A stretch of 59,910 nt of DNA, the filler included. It is 6 parts of 6 records of this genome, joined end to end, with 100 filler letters (N's around TTAATTAATTAA, not from the genome) between each part and the next. Parts side by side here need not be neighbours in the genome. Positions count along the whole stretch, not along the records: positions 17,352 to 39,040 come from SRR31147125_8561; positions 39,141 to 44,393 come from SRR31147125_8568; 4 more parts are not named here. The stretch is one strand, 5' to 3'. Numbering within the stretch: position 1 is the first letter of the stretch; every line of letters starts with the position of its first letter. The position numbers and the translations under genes are program-made. The notes beneath the pieces are model-generated. The model was given only the letters and a program-made list of their open reading frames with translations, made no database searches and had not been told where the DNA came from. Positions 32,800-44,493 of the stretch are shown here, piece by piece.

Positions 32800-34452
32800 A
32801 TGGTGTTTTCAATAAAAACAGTATATAGAATCTTTATATATATATCTGTGTTGCTTATTTCAGCATTACCGTATGTCACAGGGCAATCTTTTCCACAAAG
32901 CGAATCCTCATTCGATTCAATGTACAATGTTCAAGACTATGGTGCCAAAGGCGATGGGCAACATTTAGATACAAAGGCCATTCAGGCAGCGATTGATGCG
33001 TGTTCAAAAACGGGTGGCACGGTATTAATGCCGGCTGGAACGTATTTAAGTGGCACTCTTTTTATGAAAAGCAACGTTACATTGAACATCAGCAAGGGAG
33101 CGACGTTGCTGGGAAGCACGAACATTGAAGATTATCCCCACAAACGAGCAGAGATACGATCGTATACGGATACCTGGCTTTCGCAAAGTCTGATCTATGG
33201 GGAAAATCTGAAAAATATCGCATTATCGGGCCAGGGCACCATTGACGGTCAGGGTGGAGAATTCAAGGTTCAGACAAAAGCAAAGCCGGACAGATATTTA
33301 AACCGGCCCTATATCATCCGGTTCATCAACTGCCGGAAGGTTTTGGTTGAAAATATCACTTTACAAAATTCCGCCATGTGGATGCAGCATTATCTTGCCT
33401 GCGACCACTTGACCGTTCGTGGCATATCCGTTTACAATCATTGTAACAAGAACAATGATATGATCGATATAGATGGCTGCCGTAATGTCATTATCTCAGA
33501 TTGTTTTGGAGACACAGACGATGATGCCATGACACTCAAGAGCACCTCAGAATATTCCTGCGAGAATATCACCATTACCAATTGCGTACTAAGTAGTCAT
33601 TGTAATGCCATAAAAATGGGTACGGAATCCCATGGTGGATTTAAAAATATTAGCATATCCAACATGGTTGTCAAACCATCTGAAGCAAAAGGGCTCATCT
33701 ATGGCAGAAAAAACGGTTTGAGTGGTATTGCCCTGGAAATGGTTGACGGTGGTGTATTGGATGGTGTCACTATTTCCAATATCCGAATCGACAAAGCGGA
33801 AACACCCATATTCCTCAGATTGGGAGATAGAGCCCGCACCTATAAGAAAGGCATGAAGAGACCGCCGGTCGGTTTTTGGCGAAACGTAAATATAAGCAAC
33901 ATAATCGCATCTGATGCCGCAGCAATTGGTTGTTCCATTACGGGATTACCGGATCATCCGCTCGAGAATGTATCTTTGAGTAATATTACCATATCCTACA
34001 AAGGTGGTGGATCCGGCAAAGACGCTCAAAAAATCGTTCCTGAATTAGCAGACAAATATCCCGAGAGCACCATGTTTGGCAATCTGCCTGCCTATGGATT
34101 TTATATTCGTCATGTAAAGGGCCTATCCATGAGTAATGTGAATCTGACATTTGACAAAGATGAAAACCGACCGGCACTTGTTTGTGACGATGTGCAAGAT
34201 CTGAATGTCTCGGGCTTCTGGGCAAAGGGATCATCAGAAGCATTTTCATTTATCCGAATGATGAATACTCGGGATGCGTTCATTCATAACAGTCGTCCGC
34301 TTGCGGCTGTGAAAACTTTTTTATCAGTAGAAGGTGAAAAATCGAAAAACATTAATCTTTTTGCCAACGATTTATCACAAGCACAGAAAACAATGCAGGC
34401 CAAAGATGGTGCTGATGCGAAAGTTATCAAGCTATACGGTAATTTTAACTAA
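32800..34452 (+). CDS. Glycoside hydrolase family 28 (polygalacturonase-like beta-helix)
   Basis: DYGAKGDG..DTKAIQAAID, NNDMIDIDG, DDDAMTLKS, AIKMGTES, LPAYGFYIRHV. Confidence 0.88.
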   Translation: MVFSIKTVYRIFIYISVLLISALPYVTGQSFPQSESSFDSMYNVQDYGAKGDGQHLDTKAIQAAIDACSKTGGTVLMPAGTYLSGTLFMKSNVTLNISKGATLLGSTNIEDYPHKRAEIRSYTDTWLSQSLIYGENLKNIALSGQGTIDGQGGEFKVQTKAKPDRYLNRPYIIRFINCRKVLVENITLQNSAMWMQHYLACDHLTVRGISVYNHCNKNNDMIDIDGCRNVIISDCFGDTDDDAMTLKSTSEYSCENITITNCVLSSHCNAIKMGTESHGGFKNISISNMVVKPSEAKGLIYGRKNGLSGIALEMVDGGVLDGVTISNIRIDKAETPIFLRLGDRARTYKKGMKRPPVGFWRNVNISNIIASDAAAIGCSITGLPDHPLENVSLSNITISYKGGGSGKDAQKIVPELADKYPESTMFGNLPAYGFYIRHVKGLSMSNVNLTFDKDENRPALVCDDVQDLNVSGFWAKGSSEAFSFIRMMNTRDAFIHNSRPLAAVKTFLSVEGEKSKNINLFANDLSQAQKTMQAKDGADAKVIKLYGNFN

Positions 34453-34481
34453 TCCGGGAATACATAGTCAACTTTTTGATA

Positions 34482-34515
34482 AAACGGGGATATGTATTTT
34501 GAAATATCCCCGTTT
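34482..34515 (+). terminator. Hairpin / intrinsic terminator
   Basis: Perfect 12-bp stem AAACGGGGATAT ... ATATCCCCGTTT just after GH28. Confidence 0.65.
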
Positions 34516-34635
34516 CTATTGTTATAAACCACCTTTTTCCATCATAAAATTGGTGTAAAAAATATTTCAGGATTATTATGACCTTATTAGATTGTTTTTT
34601 CTAATAATGCAAACTTTATGACCATGGAGGTTTTA

Positions 34636-35343
34636 ATGAAATTATTAGATCAAACAGCTTTGATCACCGGTGCCACGGGTGAATTAGGTTTTGAGGTCGT
34701 TAGAAAGTTTCTCGATGCGGGTGCGCATGTTTTTGCCCTGGGACGAAATCCTGAAAAGCTTAAATCCTTGCTACAGCTTGACAAAAGTAAAAACAAGCTG
34801 GATCTCGTCACTGCGGATGTGACAGACCTGGATGAAATGGATAACGTTGTTACAGGGATATTAAAGAAAAAAATCAGATCGACATGTTGATCAATATTGC
34901 CGGAGGTTTTAAAGCCGGCAAATCCATAGCTGATACAAGACTGGATGAATGGAATTTTATGATGGATTTGAATTTAAAATCTGTCTTTATTAGCAGTAAA
35001 ATGGTTATGGGTGTGATGGCCGAGCAGAGACATGGAAAGATTGTTACGGTCTCTGCACTGGCTGCTTTGGAAGCCAAACCCAAAAGAGCAGCGTATATGG
35101 TATCAAAGGCAGGGGTGATTGCCCTGACCCAGGCGCTGTCAGCTGAAGGGAAAGAAATCAACGTACAAGCCAACACCATAGCTCCGGGTATCATACTGAC
35201 CAAACCAAACATGGAAGCCATGCCGGATGCTAATTTTTCTCTGGGTTCCACCCGCCAGGATCGCAGAGACAATGCTGTACCTTTGCAGCCCCGAGGCTGA
35301 CGATATAACCGGAACCATTATCCAGATGCCCGGGGGTGTCTAG
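34636..35343 (+). CDS. Short-chain dehydrogenase/reductase (two apparent 1-nt frameshifts at ~34870 and ~35240)
   Basis: TGATGELG, INIAGGF, YMVSK (YxxxK), NTIAPG. The corrected end reads WVPPARIAETMLYLCSPEADDITGTIIQMPGGV*. RBS GGAGG. Confidence 0.82.
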
Positions 35344-35367
35344 AATTCAAAATATTTTCTTTTAAAC

Positions 35368-35450
35368 GGGCAGGGATGGATGCAAGAAATTTGAGGTGAA
35401 AATCAGGTTAAAAGTTTTCAGCCCTTCAATTTCCTGCACGATCCCTGCCC
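35368..35450. terminator. Long imperfect hairpin between convergent genes (bidirectional terminator or REP-like)
   Basis: GGGCAGGGAT..TGCA.GAAATT.GAGG.TGAAAA pairs with TTTTCA..CCTTCAATTTC.TGCA..ATCCCTGCCC, followed by a T run. Confidence 0.6.
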
Positions 35451-35511
35451 ATTTTTATCAAATCCTTATCTTACAAGCAATACAGCATTACAAATAGCAT
35501 CGGACAGACGA

Positions 35512-38500
35512 TTAATTGTTTCGTCTGTCATAAAAACACTTAAAACTTTTTATAAAAAGCTTGTCAGCAGGAATAATCTGCCGTTCAATTCCCGGACTTT
35601 TATAGCGCACATTCAATCCCTGATTACCACCTGCATCAAAGTAATGTATTTCAATGGCATGTAATCCCGGCTCCAGCGCTATTTTTCCCTGCTTTTCCTG
35701 CAGTCCATGCAAACCATCATTATTGACGATTTGAACATCATCAATGAAAAGCTTACTGCCGTCATTGGAATCCAGATAAAAGTTATACTCTCCGCCTTTT
35801 TCGATTTGAATATATCCAGTGAATGTGAGAGCGAAACCCTGATTGTGTGTTTTGATTTCATTCAAACTGATCTCATATACACGTCCCTTATTCATGACAG
35901 TCAGCGTGTCAAAATCAGGGACATTTTCCCACATTCCCTCGTAATAATAATAATTCAGGCCATTTTTTTGACTGTCGACTATGTGATAGCTTTGCTGTTG
36001 AACGGGACTATCCATCATCCCCTTTTTAAAGGCTTTTGCTTTAAGAACAGTGCTTTGATTCAGCTTAATCGGTGAGGAATACAGTAAAGACGAATTGTCC
36101 GGCTCACTCCCGTCCATAGTATACCGGATTTCTGCCTCTTCTGTTATTGTCGAAAGGGCAATTATTACCGGTGAATCTATCCCTATTGTGGTTGGAGAAG
36201 CGAAAACCGGTTGTGCAACTTTATAATCCCGCCAGTAAACCCGTTGTGCAGGTCCATCACTTTTCAACAGAACAAAATCTTTAAATAAACCATAATTGAT
36301 AAAATCATAGTCATTTCCTCCTGGCAGATGGTCGGGAGCAGCCTGAAAGGAACTTGGCCAGGCAGTACCGCGTATTTTACCAATATGGTGCGGCCCCAGC
36401 GTATTTTTCAAAGTTCCATAAACAGTGACGGATATTTTATTTTCTCCATTTCGAACAAAATCGGATATATCCAGTTCATAAGGTTCTGAAATAACGACAC
36501 CGGCAGACTTTTTGTTCACATGAATTTCAGCAACACTTCCCTGCCAATGAGTGAGCTTTACAACATATCTATTTTGTGCAGGCGTAAGCTGAAAAGTTTG
36601 GGTATAAGACACACCATCAGCATAAAACGGTAAGCCCTGTTCTTTCCAGCTTGCCAAAGAAAGCGCGGAGACAGGTTCCAGCGTCCACCCTTTCTCCTGT
36701 GCTTTTAGAGCAAAATTACCACATATGTAAACAGGTTCCAATTCGGCGTGAACTGACATCGGTGAGGCCTTCAAGGTAATATGATTTTCTCCGACCACAA
36801 CATGTTTACTCAGATCGAATACACCAAATGCCCGATCCAGCCACTTTTCATCTGGATTGGGTGCAACGGTAACCCCGTTAACAGACACATTCCACAGATC
36901 CGGTCGTTCGATTGCAGCGAATAGTGACGATTTATCCAGACCATCCCCAACAAAAAAAGAATATGTCGCTTCAAATCCGGATTTTTCCGGGAAATCATCC
37001 TGATCCAGGATAGATGTTTTGTACTGCACAGATTCACCCCAGGGATTGCCTTCAAAGCCATAATGCCGAAATATTTTATCCGCAGCTCTGTAAAAATAGA
37101 TATCTTTTTCCTCTTTGCCATTAATTTTAATATCGCAATAGTCAAGCGTAAGAACATTTGGGGCCATTCGTTCAATTTTCATTTCCTTTTTTGATGGCAC
37201 TATATCAATATTACCGGATTTATTCTCAACAAATCTATTCGGAGCAGTTGAGCTGACATAAAGAAGCAGACTTCCAGCCGGCGGAATATCAAAATCAATT
37301 TTCAACTTGTTATCTATAACAGTTACGGGGTAAGAATCGAGTTCTCCATTTGCAAGATCAAGCTCTAATGCCGATTTCCCGTCCAATTCAAAAGAACCGG
37401 TAGACCACTCTTTTAAACTTGTATTCACCAGAAATACAATATTCCCATCCTGCAATTCCCGTCGGTGGTGAAATAATTTTCCGGATATAAGCTCCGGCTG
37501 CTGGAAAAAAATATCAGATTGAAGCTGGTCACAGATATTTTTCTCTGCTAATGATTGTCCGCTTATCCACTGATTTTCATATTTCTTAGCCATTGAATTT
37601 ATCGCAGTCGATTGTGAACCATCAACACATTCAGGAACATCGGTGATTGAAAGAATCTTGCCGCCACCTTTCAGATATTGCTGTAAAAGTTCTGCGGTGT
37701 TGCTATCCAGATTTTCCAATCCCGGAGGTAAAACCACCAGATTGTAAGACCGCTGCCCGACCACGAACTGATTATTAACAATTTTACCATTATTTCTAAT
37801 AATATTTTCCGAACCCAGATCATATTCGATCTGATTTTTTTCCAACTCTAAAACAAAATTCTGAAAAGCAGGACCCAGGGCGGCAAACTTTTTGTGTGGC
37901 TGCTTTGTAGAAAAATACATCCAGGCTGTTGTGGTGGGTTCCAGGACCAGGATATGATTCACTTGTTTACCGGAGGACAGCGCCAGGGACAAACGGGCAA
38001 AATAATCGCCAGAGGTCTTGTATAATTTCCACCATGGTTCATGGTAAGAAAAAGACAATGGATGATCCCGTTTACGGGAACCTTTGATCGTGATATAGGA
38101 GAGATGTTGATTCAGAAAATTAACTCCAAGTACATATTCCCAATCGCCTATACTTTTCATATCTTCAAATCTCATATCCCAGCCACCCGCACCATACGTT
38201 TCGCTTAACGTCCGGGTTCGTCCCATCTGGTTGGCAACAGAAGCCAGCTCTTTTACAATCCGAACATTGCCAAACTGGGCATGTACATCTTCACTATATT
38301 GATTCATCAGCAGATCGATGGCAGGCATCTGGTGCCAGGCATACATGGCCATGTTATCAGATCCGTCACCCGGATGTGGCCAGCCATGCTCCCAATAATG
38401 TCCGGTCCAGCTGAGATTTTTCTCTTCACAGTATTGATACCAGGGCTTACTCCATCTTGTTATAAAGAGATCCAGCAATGTGGAATAATAATTATGCCGC

Positions 38501-39040
38501 ACTCTCTTCCAGTCACCGATATCATCAAAAAGCAAAGGAAGATTGGTTTTGAGATCATATCCCCAGCGTTGCTGAAAATCGTCAAATAAAGTTGGTGTCC
38601 AGCGAATACCAGAAGGAGGCGTAATATTGGGTTCATCCGTAAAAATTCCTGGAACAGCTTTGCCGAACTCATGCCCGATGGCTTTTTCATAACCGGTCAT
38701 GGTGATGTCGATAAATTTCTCAGTAACGCCCTCCAGCAAAAGGTCTACATAGGAATAACCACCATGCCAGGGTGATTTTTTATAATAACTTTTTTCAAAT
38801 AAATAGTAATCGCCTTTTTTATTTGCTTCCTGCTCGGATTGCTCAGTAATATCACGAAACGTTGAATTTTCCCGTTTTAGTATCAGATAATATTTTTGTT
38901 TCGCATTCTGTGGTAATTTATCTACCTGATGTAGTACCAGACCCTGGCCCTGATTATAAGACTCAGGCATTTGAGCCGGAACGTTACCGCCGGCAAATCC
39001 GCTTGGATAAGAGTTTTCATCATAGAGCCACACATTCATT
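35512..39040 (-). CDS. GH106-like (alpha-L-rhamnosidase-type) glycoside hydrolase with C-terminal Fn3-associated and PA14 domains, 5' truncated
   Basis: WLYDENSYPSGFAGG, GIFTDEP, SETYGAGGW; IRYTMDGSEP (Fn3-associated/chitobiase-C), FYLDSNDGSKLFID..NNDGLHG (PA14). Confidence 0.75.
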
Positions 39041-39140
39041 NNNNNNNNNNNNNNNNNNNNNNNNNNNNNNNNNNNNNNNNNNNNTTAATTAATTAANNNN
39101 NNNNNNNNNNNNNNNNNNNNNNNNNNNNNNNNNNNNNNNN
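39041..39140. other. Artificial contig-joining spacer
   Basis: N44-TTAATTAATTAA-N44. Confidence 0.97.
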
Positions 39141-39388
39141 TGCCATTGCTGGATTCGTTCAAGTGAATAAGGCCAATGGCCGAATAAAAAGCCGGCCACC
39201 CAAATGTCTGTGATTCCCGCATCCTGTACAAGGTTTACCAGATCGGGATCAGCATCAAGTGCGTCTACATTCAGACAAAGGTGGAAAAACCGTTTGTCTT
39301 TTTGTGAACATGACAACATTGAAGAAAAACCTGTCACCATACCAGCACTTGCTAAAGAACATATTCCCAAAAAGTCGCGCCGTTTCAT
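39141..39388 (-). CDS. Tat-signal (lipo)protein, N-terminal fragment
   Basis: MKRRDFLG twin-arginine motif, possible lipobox LSC, RBS AAGGA. Truncated at the spacer. Confidence 0.65.
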
Positions 39389-39502
39389 AAATTGTTCCTT
39401 AATATTTACCTTGCAAGGTGTTACTACTATTTAGTTTTGACATATTTTACCATTTACATTGTCACAAAAGTGAAAAATATTTATTTCCGTCTATAAAGAT
39501 CA

Positions 39503-41500
39503 TTACTTCACACCAACGGTTATTCCCTGCCATGAATCCGTCCTAAATGGTGAGGCAGGAAGTCCTGATTTATTATAAAGATTACCTAGCGGATTGCTCG
39601 CCCAGGCGTATCTTACAGAAACCGGGTTCGGGATATTATCGCTGTGAACGACAATCGTTTCACCATCAATTTCCGCGTCAGCCCAGCAAAACCTCTTGTC
39701 CGATCCGGCAATAACAAAACCATTTAATTTATTACCCTCTTTTGTCATCAGGCCGCCATCAATATGATCGAAACTTAGACGTATTTTATCCCTCTCGATC
39801 TGCATTGATTTGTATATGGGACCGGAACAAACCACATCCTGACCATAAACGAGATTAAGCGCGTTTAATGCCAATCGTCGACCCACCTCTTGTTTATTTT
39901 TCGGAAGTTTATCATCAGCGTCGCCAATGTCAATACTGACAGCCATACCTGTATTTGGTATTGACAATGTCAAAAGTTGAGCTTCTCTGAGTTCAGCCCA
40001 GGTATCCTCTTCGGGTTTGGTTTGCACTTTATGATAATTTGCAAGCTGCACGAAGAGAAATGGAAAATCTCCCTGATTCCAGTGAGCGCGCCAGTCTTTA
40101 ATCAATGCGGGAAAAAGAGTTCTGTATTGATAAGCTCTGACAGCATTGCTCTTGCCCTGGTACCATATGACACCACGAATAGCATATGGAATCAATGGTG
40201 ATATCATGGCATTAAAAATAACCATAGGCCTTTCCTTATCATGAGGAGATATAGGCCGTGGTGGCATTATTTTCAGGTCCAGGCCAATTTGGTAGGCCCA
40301 CAAACCTGCAAGAGATATTTTGTTACTAAAATTATCAATTATTTGCAATTGTTCTGGCTTTCCCCAGATTCCACCTTTTGCTCCCATATCGAAAACACGA
40401 ACGACAATAACATTTTTGCCGGATTTCACTAGTGAAGCAGGGATCTTGTAATTTCTGGGTACACTCACTCCCCGCATCCGACCGACCTCAACTCCATTGA
40501 ACCAGGTGATATCCCTATCGTTGATTGGGCCCAATTGTAACGTTATTTCTTTTCCGGCCATTGATGCAGGAATATTCACCTCTTTTCGGAACCATACAGT
40601 GCCATCCAGTTTTTCATGTCCGGCTTTTTCCCATAGGGTTGGAAGACTCATTTTATCCCAACCAGAAACATCTAAATTCGTATTTTTCCACACATGTTGA
40701 CCGTTACGATATCCCAAATCTTTTTGAATGAGTAAATTCCGATAATTTTTTAAATTATTTTCATATTCTTTCAGCGCCATATCCGGATGAGTCGTATTCC
40801 TTTTAATAGAATTAACTTTATCCACAAACTCTGGAAATGATTCAAGAGCGTTCGCACTTGTCCAGGCTTCAGCAACAGAACCTTCCCATGATGCATGAAT
40901 TAGCCCGACAGGTATCTTTAGATTTTTCCACAAGTGCCGTCCAAAAAAGTAGGCTGCGGCTGAAAATCCTGCAATAGTTTTCGGATTACACTCATCCCAA
41001 CCTGAGGAATTGATTGTGTCCACAGGCACATTGCTCATGGACCGATTTACTTGAAACAAACGGATATTCGGGTAATTGGCTTGAGCAATTTCATTTTTAT
41101 AGTTCAAAATCTTCCCCCAGCCAGCCAAAGGCATTTCCATATTGGACTCACCGGAGCACACCCACACTTCTCCAATCATTACGTTTTTAATAATGATGCT
41201 GTCTTTGCCTGTAATTTTTAATTCATAGGGACCGCCTGCCGACATTTTATCCAGGCTTACCCGCCATTTTCCATCTTTTCGTACAACAGTCGTTTTGCTC
41301 TGATTGTTGATTTCAACTTTTAATTTTCCACCGGCGTCTGCTGTTCCCCATACCGGCAAAGTCTTGTTACGCTGAAGTACCATATTATCGCAAAAAACAA
41401 TCGGTACCTGGATGTTTGTTGCCAACCCACAAAAAAAAGAACAATTTGTAATAATTGTCAGTACAAAAATCGCTAGCCAAACCCATCTTTTTTTATTCAT
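39503..41500 (-). CDS. Sialate O-acetylesterase-like protein with substituted catalytic motifs
   Basis: Full-length paralogue of 41583-43607 but with GESN, SWEGS, WYQGKSN and DKLP at the four catalytic blocks. Confidence 0.85.
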   Translation of the reverse strand: MNKKRWVWLAIFVLTIITNCSFFCGLATNIQVPIVFCDNMVLQRNKTLPVWGTADAGGKLKVEINNQSKTTVVRKDGKWRVSLDKMSAGGPYELKITGKDSIIIKNVMIGEVWVCSGESNMEMPLAGWGKILNYKNEIAQANYPNIRLFQVNRSMSNVPVDTINSSGWDECNPKTIAGFSAAAYFFGRHLWKNLKIPVGLIHASWEGSVAEAWTSANALESFPEFVDKVNSIKRNTTHPDMALKEYENNLKNYRNLLIQKDLGYRNGQHVWKNTNLDVSGWDKMSLPTLWEKAGHEKLDGTVWFRKEVNIPASMAGKEITLQLGPINDRDITWFNGVEVGRMRGVSVPRNYKIPASLVKSGKNVIVVRVFDMGAKGGIWGKPEQLQIIDNFSNKISLAGLWAYQIGLDLKIMPPRPISPHDKERPMVIFNAMISPLIPYAIRGVIWYQGKSNAVRAYQYRTLFPALIKDWRAHWNQGDFPFLFVQLANYHKVQTKPEEDTWAELREAQLLTLSIPNTGMAVSIDIGDADDKLPKNKQEVGRRLALNALNLVYGQDVVCSGPIYKSMQIERDKIRLSFDHIDGGLMTKEGNKLNGFVIAGSDKRFCWADAEIDGETIVVHSDNIPNPVSVRYAWASNPLGNLYNKSGLPASPFRTDSWQGITVGVK

Positions 41501-41582
41501 TTTTGTTCCTAATTCCTGTTTAGACTGTTGAATATTCAGAAATCGAACGGGAATATCCCATCCATTTCCCCTTTTATGGCTG

Positions 41583-43607
41583 TTATTTATTCCCTTCCGT
41601 TATACCTCTCCACGAATCCGTACGGAATGGTGAAGCCGGAAGTCCTGCACCATTGGACAAATTACATACCGGGTTGCTCGCCCAGGCATAACGTATTGCT
41701 ACTGGACCGGGTACCTCTGGACTGGACACAAGAATTGTTTCACCATCAATCTCTGCATCTGCCCAGTGAAATTTTTTATCGAATCCTGCGATTGAAAAAC
41801 CTGTTAATTTGTTGCCCTTTTTTATTGTCAGGCCGCCATCAATGTGATTGAAACTTAGACGTATTTTGTCCCCTTCAACCTGCATTGATTTATAGATAGG
41901 TCCTGAATAAACGATATCCTGGCCATAGACAAGGTTGAGCGCGTTTAATGCCAATCGCCGACCAACCTCTTGTTTATTTTTAGGATGTATATCATCCGCA
42001 TCACCAATGTCAATACTGACAGCCATTCCCGTGTTCGGTGTAGACAATGTCAAAAGTTGAGATTCTCGGAGTTCGGCCCAATCATTATCTGCCGGTTTGA
42101 TTCGCACGTTTTGATAATTTGCAAGCTGCACGAATAGAAAGGGAAAGTCTCCCTGGCCCCAGTGAGCGCGCCAGTCTTTTATCAATGCGGGAAAAAGAGA
42201 TCTGTATCTATGAGCTCTACTGGCATTATTTTCTCCCTGATACCAGATAGCACCACGAATACCAAAGGGAATCAATGGTGCAATCATACCATTAAATAAC
42301 ACCATAGGTCGATTGGCTCTGGCTGGCGGTCCTGATGGTAACTTTTTTAAATCGGGTTGTATTGGATCAATATTGTATTGCCACATGCCGGCAAGTGAAA
42401 TGGAACCCTGATTGTTATTTATCAAATTTAATTGACGAGGCTTGCCACAAAAACCGCCTTCATTACCCACATCAAGAACCTGTACAACTATAATATTTTT
42501 GCCTGTTTTCACCACTGATGCGGGGATTGAATATTTCCTATTAATATAACGACTGGCTTTACTTCCAATTTTATGCCCATTAAACCATGTTACATCAACA
42601 TCATTAATAGGACCTAATGATAGAATCAACTCCTGCCCCTGCCAGGAGCCTGGAACTTGTATTTCTTTTCGAAACCAGACGATACCGTCCATATCCAAAC
42701 CGTCATGCTCCCAAACTGTCGGCAACGTCATGACTTTCCACTCCTCAGCATTATAATCCGGTTTTTCCCATGCATTGTCGTAACAACCCAGGCTTTTTAT
42801 CTCCTGTTGAATATCCTTGCCCCATGAGTTAAGTTTTTCCTCGTGCAATTTCCAAAATCGTTCCAATGTAAATTCGTCGGCGCTCATGCCAAGCACAATA
42901 TCATTAAAATCAGGATTATCAATCAATGTTGCAGAACTTGTCCAGTTTTCTAATGCAGAACCACCCCATGTAGATTGAATAAGACCGACGCTGATATTCA
43001 TTTCTTTCTGTAGATATCTGGCAAAAAAATAGGCGACAGCCGAAAATTCAGATATAGTCTCGGGAGAACAAGGTTTCCAGCCATCACTTTTAATTTCGGT
43101 CATGGGGACGTCACCTGTTCTGTGCGGCACATGAAACAATCGGATATCAGGGATATTAGCCGCAGCAATTTCCTGTTCATAATTCAAAATCTTTCCCCAA
43201 CCAGCCAAAGGCATTTCCATATTGGATTGTCCGGAACAGACCCATACCTCTCCAATCATAACATTATTAAAAATCATGCTGTCTTTTCCACTAATCGTTA
43301 ATTCATATGGACCGCCAGCAGGCATTTTACCCAGGTTTACCCGCCATTTTCCATTCTGTGGCACAATGGCTGTTTTACTCTGCTTGTTGATTTCAACTTT
43401 TAGTACGCCGCCGGCATCTGCAGTGCCCCACACCGGAACTAACTGATTACACTGAAGAACCATATTATCACCAAAAACAGACGCCACCCGAACATGAGAG
43501 GCATTAACATCTTTGGTTTGGTTGTGCTTGAATGCGCTAACATTTGTTATAATAGTAAAAGGTATAATCGTTTGTAGTAAAAGGATAAATAAAATATTTT
43601 TTTGCAA
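41583..43607 (-). CDS. Sialate O-acetylesterase (SASA/DUF303 domains with inserted sugar-binding domain)
   Basis: GEVWVCSGQSNMEM, TWGGS, WYQGENN, DIHPKNKQ, LPASPFRTD. TTG start with GAGG RBS. Confidence 0.9.
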   Translation of the reverse strand: MQKNILFILLLQTIIPFTIITNVSAFKHNQTKDVNASHVRVASVFGDNMVLQCNQLVPVWGTADAGGVLKVEINKQSKTAIVPQNGKWRVNLGKMPAGGPYELTISGKDSMIFNNVMIGEVWVCSGQSNMEMPLAGWGKILNYEQEIAAANIPDIRLFHVPHRTGDVPMTEIKSDGWKPCSPETISEFSAVAYFFARYLQKEMNISVGLIQSTWGGSALENWTSSATLIDNPDFNDIVLGMSADEFTLERFWKLHEEKLNSWGKDIQQEIKSLGCYDNAWEKPDYNAEEWKVMTLPTVWEHDGLDMDGIVWFRKEIQVPGSWQGQELILSLGPINDVDVTWFNGHKIGSKASRYINRKYSIPASVVKTGKNIIVVQVLDVGNEGGFCGKPRQLNLINNNQGSISLAGMWQYNIDPIQPDLKKLPSGPPARANRPMVLFNGMIAPLIPFGIRGAIWYQGENNASRAHRYRSLFPALIKDWRAHWGQGDFPFLFVQLANYQNVRIKPADNDWAELRESQLLTLSTPNTGMAVSIDIGDADDIHPKNKQEVGRRLALNALNLVYGQDIVYSGPIYKSMQVEGDKIRLSFNHIDGGLTIKKGNKLTGFSIAGFDKKFHWADAEIDGETILVSSPEVPGPVAIRYAWASNPVCNLSNGAGLPASPFRTDSWRGITEGNK

Positions 43608-44110
43608 TTAACCTGCCTCAATTAAATAGCGGACTGTATAAAAATATCTTTTATTTGAAAAGTATATTTTGGTATATCGGAATTGATATAAATAATACTT
43701 TCACTCTAAAACCAGGGTATATTAAAGGTATACTCGATTTAGCATTACTTAAAAGTAATTCTAATTAATAATCCTGAAAGGTGTAATGGAAGTTTGAGTT
43801 CTTAAAAAAATTGGGATCCAACTATATTTCGATTTCAACATAATATTCCAGACGATAAAAATGATATAACAAAATCGTACAATATTCTGCGATTTGCCAT
43901 CAGTTCAAACAAAATAAAATATTGTGTATATATTCAAAAATGATACCAGCTAATTTTCCGATTTTCTTTGACACGCCTCTATATCACACCTTCCAAGGGG
44001 TTCATATCTCAGCTGAGCCAATCATGTAATCATTGATAGGTCCATTGCCATCATCCATGGCTCAAGAAACAAACAATAATCCACTATATGGACATCTCCA
44101 AAAAATTGAA

Positions 44111-44393
44111 TTATATAACGCCCAATCGAACAAGGTGTTTTTTTATATTTTCTCTTTCTTCAGGTGTGGCTTCATTTAATGGTAAACGTGGCGGACCTAC
44201 CGGATGTCCGGCAATATCCAATGCCGCTTTTAGCACCGGATTTGGATTTATTCTGCCATTTGGTGCCAAAGCTCTGAAAAATGGATCCAGTTCATTATGG
44301 ATCTTTAATGCGCTTTCATTCTGGCCATTCAGAAAAAAGTTAATCATCTCTCTTATTTTATCACCAAGTAAATGTGAGCCGCCACTAATAACA
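44111..44393 (-). CDS. DapA / N-acetylneuraminate lyase family, C-terminal fragment
   Basis: NPNPVLKAALDIAGHPVGPPRLPL is the typical DHDPS-family C-terminus. Confidence 0.8.
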
Positions 44394-44493
44394 NNNNNNN
44401 NNNNNNNNNNNNNNNNNNNNNNNNNNNNNNNNNNNNNTTAATTAATTAANNNNNNNNNNNNNNNNNNNNNNNNNNNNNNNNNNNNNNNNNNNN
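44394..44493. other. Artificial contig-joining spacer
   Basis: N44-TTAATTAATTAA-N44. Confidence 0.97.

Noticed and set aside
35512-39388. Tat-signal fragment 39141-39388 as the missing 5' end of the GH106-like gene
   Set aside because: They are separated by an artificial spacer and the fragment does not resemble the expected GH106 N-terminus.
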